A DNA stretch of 64,000 bases, taken from the human T2T-CHM13v2.0 reference genome, Homo sapiens. The notes beneath the pieces were generated by a model. The model ran no database searches. It saw only the letters and a list, made by a program, of their open reading frames with translations, and was not told the DNA's origin. Made by a program: the position numbers and the translations under genes. The DNA lies in NCBI GenBank assembly GCA_009914755.4, contig CP068257.2, forward strand, positions 7,520,001-7,584,000, written 5' to 3'. Below are positions 56,203 through 64,000 of this stretch, in pieces (the stretch's first letter is position 1; each line of letters begins with the position of its first letter).

Positions 56203-56569
56203 AAGAGTAATGTATGGCTTGAAATGGTGTATTTAATGGAACATGAGTTGGGTCTAATAAAAAGCTTAAGAAATATTAATCTAAAATCTCAATGTTAAGA
56301 TTCCAGTTGAATGATACTAGAAAATATATTGTAACCCTCTTTGCTACCGATGACCTATTTCTATTTTATTTCCTTTTTAATTATGGCATAAATTCTCAAC
56401 ATAACATGTCAAAACTTATACACCGTTAAATATTAAAAAATAATACAATGTAAGCAATATTTTAAATACAATATTTAATGATTAGATACATTAGGTTTAT
56501 TATATTACTTATAACATTCCATTATATAAAAATTCATTTGTTTATTTATTCAGATTAAACAACTATTAA

Positions 56570-56866
56570 GGCTGAATGTCTCATGTCTGTAACCCCAGCA
56601 CTTTGAGAGGCTGAGGCGAGCAGAACATTTGAGCCCAACAATTAAAGAAGAGCCTGGGCAACAAGGCAAAACCCTATCTCTACAAAACTCAGCCCAGCAT
56701 GGTGACACAGGTCTATGGTGACATAGCTCTATTGTTTCAACTACTTGGATGGCTGAGGTGTGAGGATCACCTGAGCCTAGGAAATGGAGATCAGAGTGAG
56801 CCAAGATCTCACCAGTGCCCTCCAGCCTGGGTGACAGAGTGAAACCCCATCTCAAAAAACAACAAG
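56570..56866 (+). mobile_element. Alu (old), sense
   Basis: ggctgaatgtctcatgtctgtaaccccagcactttgagaggctgaggcgagcagaacatttgagcccaacaattaaagaagagcctgggcaac ... gtgaaaccccatctcaaaaaacaacaa. Confidence 0.85.
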
Positions 56867-57044
56867 TAAAATGCTTCTTACATGGAAGACTGTATTCTAG
56901 GTACTCCAGGATACACACAAATATGTTTACTGACCTCCAGTAGCTTATGGTATGCAGGAGCTTCCAATGATCATTTAAAAAACTAAATAGAAAACCTTCT
57001 GACATTCAAACTTTCAGAATATGATATAAGGACTTTGAGTGGTT

Positions 57045-57359
57045 ATTTTATTTTATTTTATTTTTTAAGATGTAGTCTTGCTCTGTCACCCAGCCTACAG
57101 TGCAATGGTGCGATCTTGGCTCACTGCAATCTTTGCCTCCTGGGTTCAAGCGATTCTCCTGCCTTAGCCTCCTGAGCAACTGGGATTACAGGCATGCACT
57201 ATCATGCTTGGATAATTTTTGTGCTTTTTTTTTTTTTTTTTAAGAGACAGGGTTTCACCATGCTGGCCAGGCTGATCTTGAACTCCTGACCTCAGGTGAG
57301 CTACCCACCTCGGCCTCCAAAAGTGCTGGGATTACAGGTGTGAGCCACCACGCCTGGCC
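57045..57359 (-). mobile_element. Alu, antisense, with an internal T-rich linker expansion
   Basis: ttttattttattttttaagatgtagtcttgctctgtcacccagcctacagtgcaatggtgcgatcttggctcactgcaatctttgcc ... gggattacaggtgtgagccaccacgcctggcc. Confidence 0.9.
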
Positions 57360-57599
57360 AAGTAAATATTTTAAATAAACTACAATGACAAAATTATGAT
57401 GATAAAGACTTACCATATTGGTATTAAGAGTCTCTGCTTCTAGAACTGGTTATTTGCAGGAAAATACATGTTATTCAATTAGATGAAGTGTTTTATATAA
57501 ACTCTTCATGGACAACTCATAAATCACATAAAAATCCCTTTGCAATACAAATCTTGAGAACATAAATTTAAATTTCTACATTTCCACAATTTATATTTT

Positions 57600-57712
57600 T
57601 AAATCAGATACAATGTTACCCAGGCTGTTCTCAAACTCCTGTGTTCAAGCAATCTTACTGTCTCAAACTCCCAAGTAGCAGGGACTACAGGTGTACACCA
57701 CCAAACTCAGCT
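57600..57712 (-). mobile_element. Alu monomer-like fragment, antisense
   Basis: gttacccaggctgttctcaaactcctgtgttcaagcaatcttactgtctcaaactcccaagtagcagggactacaggtgtacaccaccaaactcagc. Confidence 0.7.
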
Positions 57713-60700
57713 ATTTTTCTACAACTTTTAATACTTTTTTAGTCTCACTACAGAACCAATAATATAAGTAGAGAAACAATCTCTCCTAAAAACTATATGA
57801 CACCAAAATGATAAGTTTCCAAGAACAAAAGCTATATGCTATGTGCTGAACATTTCTGCCACTAAAAATTACCAGGAGGATTCCATGATTACTGCAAACA
57901 ATTTGATCCACTGAAGGTTTATACAGGAATAAATATTAAGAAAGTCACACTCGTATGATTTAAAAGTCAAAGTATTAGTATTTATCCAAATAAACTTTAA
58001 CCAAAGTTCATATTTCTTCTATTGGAGAAAGCATTTCCTAATGTGATTTTCCTGTGACTACTTATTTTCCAGTTCATTTATTTTTCAGCTCCCACCCTGT
58101 CACAGTACTTACCAATCTTTATTAGTTACCAAAGTTAAACACATTTTTTGAATCAACTAGCCATGTGTATGTTTTTCTCTGACCAGCTTTCCATTACCAC
58201 CATAAAACAATGATAGGTAAACCACTGCTAAATTTGAAAAGTAAATACTATGCAAAACTACACCCAGAGTGAGAAGATTAATTTTACAAGAGACCACTTT
58301 ACCTTAGTAGCAACACTCAAGTCTTCATCATCCAATGTAGGCAATGAATCCACACACAGTTCATGCAAAATGCTTGAGAGCAAAAATACACAATGAAAAT
58401 GAGCAAGTTGATTTCTTTACAATTTTTTTAACTGCCAGTTTATATCCAGCTTCCCCCTCAAAAAAAGGAAAACATAATCTGGGGAAAAGTCAGTGATCTA
58501 TATATTAAATTACGATTCTTGATATAATTAAAATATGTCCTCTGTTCTAAAAAGAGATTTTAGTTACCTATTTCTGCCTCCACCTGTCTAAATCTATAAA
58601 ATATTCAATGAAAACTAACCTTGAGGTTTATAACAAATAGTGACAGTCAATATATTGGCAGAGCCTGACAATAATGTGCCCTCACAAATTATCTGTCCTG
58701 AAGCTGAACTTAAAATTCAATTAATGGATGACATAAATTTTGTTCCCTAAACTGGAATAAAACTGATGACCTAAAACAAGGTAGAAAGATCCACTGTCTC
58801 TTTTCCATGATCTGTCTCTGGATAAAAGACTAATCTACATCACTTCAAAATGGTAGTCTTGATTCCTCAGCATGGATCCAACTTAGGAAGGTCCTATTGC
58901 TTTCCTTTACCCTAAATTGGTACAGGAAAACCCCCACAATATTTGAAATGTATGAAAGCTAAATGTACAGAAGTCAAATAGCAAAGATGTATGTTCTTAT
59001 TGAGAATACTTTTCCCAGAAAGATTAAAATATTCACAATTATAAAATCCCATTATTTTCACTCTATAGGTCCTACCTTATTCAGGTCCACATAAACTAGC
59101 AATCCCTTAAAAATTTTCATAGGCACTCAGACACCCAAGGAGAGAGACTGCCAGAAAAGAAACAGAGTCATGATAGTTGTACCTCTATTTCCCTAAGTAC
59201 TATCTAAGTATATTTCTTCCTATGGACACCCACTTCCAGATTCTACTTCTGCAGGGTTCCACAGAAGTCTCCAATCTTTAAATCTTCAGTGTATGAAAGC
59301 ACAGATTCCTGAAAGAATGGCCTCAAATGACCAGGAGTAGGAGCTCTCTATATCCCTGCTCCTGAAAAACAAGCTAACTGGAGTCTCCATCACCTGCCAC
59401 CAGCTATACACACTACCAACTACCCAACTGAACTCCATGACTGATTTTCCAGCTAATCATGCCCCTGACCCAGCCCACATGGACATGGGAAGGACATCAG
59501 TGAACTGTGAAAAGAGGCAGAGGTGAGGAGACACCTGCCCTGTGCCACACATCTATGTAGTTCAGCAATTTCCATCCCCTTAGTACTCCAGGGGCTCTAA
59601 GCCACCCCTTTGTAAGTCAGGATGGAAGTAGATGACACCACATTTCTATCTGCTGTAGACATTCTTCCCAGTGTCTCAAAATGTTTTGGCATCTTTCAGT
59701 AAAAATCTTCAAGTTTGTCAGTCCTTGATTTAAAAAAAAAAAAGCAGCAAAATTTTTAGAGCTCCCTTGAACCTTCTATTTTAATGTGCCTTTGTAGATA
59801 ATTCCCAACATCTTGTGTCCTTCATTTTTATAATTTATCTTTATCAAACTTGTCATAAACCCCAATACTTTGATCTCTTGTAGAAGAGTCCGTACTCCTA
59901 TCCAATCCAGTGTTGTTTATCTTCAAACTTGGACTTCCCCTGCTCATTCCATTCTTATCTACTTCCATTGGGTTCACCAGCTAATTCCATTCTCATTCTA
60001 TCCACAGACTCACTCCCGTTTGTATTATTAAAACACACGCTAATAGGACATAGAAAGAAGCAAGAGTACTGGGCTTTACCATGAGTTCAAATCTCATTTC
60101 TGCCAATTCCTATGTCTAAAAAAAAGCTTCGTAATCTCTTTGAGCCTCACATTCTCTATCTAGAGAATCACTTGACCAGAATGTTCAACGCAGAGAAAAA
60201 TACTAGAAGGTATTTTAATTCATTCCAAGATTCCTTAAAATTCTGTAATTCTATGTCCTCTTGATTCTGTCTATAGAAAAACTTGGAATACATAGGCAGC
60301 AGAGTTTGAAAAAATAATAGAACAAAAGAAACACCAAGAAAAACAGAGAAGAAAGTTTTAAAAAATGAGGACAAGATTATATAAAAGTCATGGAAAAAGC
60401 AACAGGACTAAAAAATGTATTATGGAAGTAAGCAGAAATACTTGCCTAAATGGAAAGCCAAACTGTGAAGTCAAATAATTTGTCTCTAAGACTTGCCTAA
60501 ACTTGCTTTGGTAAAACTTACAGTCCTATGGCCAAAGCTAAGTCAGATCTGCCCTAGAGCCTTTGAAGGTAAAAATAAGATACTGGTTACACTGAAATCG
60601 TCAAATTTATTAGGACTAACCACATTCTAACAATAAACTTAAATGAGAGTTCAAGGTATTTAAACTCTCATTAATTTAGAAGTTAATCAAATTAATGAAT

Positions 60701-61147
60701 CTGATTGATCTGATTCAGACCTATACTATGATCCAAGGGCTGCACAGATATCTATCAATCTATGCTGAGGAGCAAGAGAAAGGATTTGGAAGGCAGGCAG
60801 GCTGATGGTCAAACTGTAGGCCAGCTACTTTGTTAACTATGGGATCATGAGGCAATTAATCAGCTCTAATCCATAGTTGTTTATTTAACAGTAGGTTATA
60901 GGAACACAGATGTTATGATGGCTTTATGAGATGATAAATGCATAGAACATATTAGGATGTCTAGCCCAGAATACAACACTCAACAGATATTAGTTTCTTC
61001 CATCTATATTTTCTTAGTTAACATAATTTTTTAAATCTATGAAATCTTACCTGACTGCAGATTCATCAGAAATTCCAACATCTATTAAAGAAAAAGGTAA
61101 AATGCATTTTAAATCAATAATAAATGTACAGAATATTAAAATCATAA

Positions 61148-61270
61148 GAATGCACAGTGATGCATGCCTCTAATCCAAACTACTTGGGAGGATGAGGCAG
61201 GAGGATCACTTGAGGAGCCCAGAAGTTTGAGACCAGCTTGGGAAACATAGTAAGACTCTACCTTCATAAA
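61148..61270 (+). mobile_element. Alu right-arm fragment, sense
   Basis: gcacagtgatgcatgcctctaatccaaactacttgggaggatgaggcaggaggatcacttgaggagcccagaagtttgagaccagcttgggaaacatagtaagactctaccttcataaaaaaa. Confidence 0.75.
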
Positions 61271-63485
61271 AAAATTGTGCACACTTGTGTGTATGCTTTA
61301 GATCCTGTTTTTTGTTGTTGTTGTTGTTTTGGTTTGGTTTGGTTTTTTAAAGCATAAGACTGACGTTTTGTTACAAAGCATTCCTTTGGGAGCATGCCTG
61401 GGAACTTATTAGAATTAACATTCATTATAAGTATTGGTAGGTAATTAATGCAGTAAGAACTCTTCCCTCTGTATTTATTAGATGCAAAGAAGAATAAATT
61501 TATTAAAATTTGGTATCTACAAGTGAACTGAAGTATACAAGTCATCCTAGCCAAAGCCTATGAGATTGAGTAAAAATGGTATTGTTAGCAGAACAGGTGT
61601 GATGAGTCAACAGTGTCAAAGAGCATGATTTCTGGACCAAAATATGAGGGGCCATTACAACAGAGTATACACTAGTACCCCTTATCCACTATATGCGCAG
61701 AAAGACATACTTGACACGTTTTTCTCTGCTGTCACACCACAGCAACAATCATCAACAAAGAAGGCTTCTGTAACCAAATGTGTGGAGAGTTTTTCCCCAC
61801 CAACAAACAAGCAATCATTCCTGCTGATGACACAATTCAATTCTCACACCCTATCTACAGATAACATCAGATTTAATTTAATTTATAAATTAAACTTTGT
61901 CATAGATATGTATGTATAGGGAAAAACAGCTTGTGATTCAGTAATATTCATGGTTTCATGCATGCACTGGGGGTCTTGAAATGTATCTCCCACAGTTAAG
62001 GTGTAGTTACTGCACTTATTTTGTTATAACACCACACAGCCTCTCTAGCTCTTCAGATCAAACTGTTTAGTTTAGAATAAAACATGCTATCGCCAGAAAC
62101 CAACAAAACATAGGAATCAGACCAGAAACAGGAATCCTTGCAAATACTTTCCAGCCACCAGTGGAGAAGATCTCAAGAGAGATCAGTGTGTTACTCTGGC
62201 TAATACTCTTCTGGGTAAGGTGCTGGGTGGTTTCCTTAGTTGTAGCTATTTGCTCTGGCCTACGTATAACAAGCCCCAAATTCACCTGCCATTTTACCTC
62301 CCACAGAAAGAACCACTGGAAAGATCACTCCTTTAAGAGCTTATCCACATTCAGAGAGAAGCTGAATAAACACTGGGGAGGTATGGCAGGCTGCCGGGCA
62401 ATATTATCTGATGTGAAAAAATATATAGAAAGGAAACTATCAATGCCCTTTTACTACCAGAATGTTCTAATGTTTGCCCATCTCCCTAGTAGGAGAAAAA
62501 AATTTTTTCACCTCGCATAAAGCAAAACTCCCTTGTCATCTCTCATGACAGAATCTAGTTGTAGGTGAGTCATGCCATCATAATACAGGCTGTTGTCAAC
62601 CTCATCCCTCAAAGGAAGAGGATCAGTGAGGAACTTATGTATTTACCTAATAGCATTCACTGCCTGGTCTTATTTCCAACCGAAGGTAAGTATGAAAGAC
62701 TTTGTGATTCCAGTTTTATAAAGCACAACACTTTGCACTTGTCCTCTTCCATTGCTAAAGAGTCTATCTGGACCCACCTCACAGAGCAAGATGCTCCAGG
62801 TTGTGCTGTGTAGTACGGCGTGGTGTCCTTTTCCTCAACCCTTTCTATTATGTGCCACATATCTATACAAATCATGTTTTCTAAGTATGTAAATCATATC
62901 TCATCAGAATACATCATTCTTTACAATGATAAAGAAGCAAAAGAAAAACAAAAGGACAAAGAACATCTTAAATGACTACATTCAACTGCCATGGAGCTTT
63001 AATTTTTTAACTACTCAAAAAGATATCCACTCTTCTTATTCCAACTATATGACTCTTCTGAAAAAAGTAAAACTATGAAGACAGAGTAAACATCAATGGT
63101 TGTCACGAGTTGCTAGGGAGAAAGGGAGAGATGAACAGGCATAGCACAGAGAATTTTTAGGGCAGTGAAACTGTTCTGTCGATAATATTACAGTAATAGA
63201 TACATGTCATGTCATTATATATTTGTCCAAATTCACAGAATGTACAGCATCAAGAGTGAGGCCTGATGTAAACTATGAACTTCAAGTGATTATAATGTGT
63301 CAATGTAAGTTCATCAGTTGTAACAAATGGACCACTCTCTGGTGGAAAATACTAATAATGGGGGAGGCTATGCGTGTGTGGGAGGCATGGGATATATGAG
63401 AAATCTCTGTACCTTCCTCTCAATTTTGCTGTGAACCTAAAACTACTCTAAGAAATAAGGTTATTGATTTAAAAAAAAATATTCA

Positions 63486-64000
<515 letters not shown>

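Noticed and set aside
56550-57005. 151-aa minus-strand ORF
   Set aside because: It is an antisense reading of the Alu at 56570-56866.

Overview
This window is human or primate genomic DNA, AT-rich and dense with interspersed repeats. No prokaryotic-type features (operons, CRISPR arrays, sigma-type promoters) are present. Because the ORF track uses bacterial start codons, most listed ORFs are artefacts of repeats. The window falls into four parts.

(1) 1-12.3 kb: a head-to-tail tandem array, macrosatellite-like, of a rearranged ERVL-MaLR (THE1/MST-like) LTR-plus-internal unit in antisense orientation. It has four long units with periods of 3428, 3275 and 3089 bp and two shorter degenerate terminal copies. 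Each long unit contains an internal inverted duplication.

(2) 12.5-16.5 kb: a GC-rich but CpG-poor block. It contains an unidentified coding-derived pseudogene fragment folded into a palindrome, a second adjacent palindrome, a (TG)n run and a degenerate CCCACTGACCAGG-type minisatellite.

(3) 16.5-23.6 kb: Alu- and L1-rich intergenic DNA.

(4) 23.6 to at least 51.5 kb, minus strand: an unprocessed (intron-containing) pseudogene of the ANKRD26-like family (ANKRD26/ANKRD30/ANKRD20A/POTE superfamily). Its small exons are intact with canonical splice sites. Its large exons and terminal exon are disabled by frameshifts and a CGA>TGA nonsense change.

About 23 Alu elements and at least 6 L1 fragments are scattered through the window, one L1 with a clear target-site duplication. 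One Alu sits 10 bp from an exon splice donor, and two Alu pairs are tightly inverted.

I identified repeat families by eye against remembered consensus sequences, not by database search. All coordinates are approximate to within a few bases.
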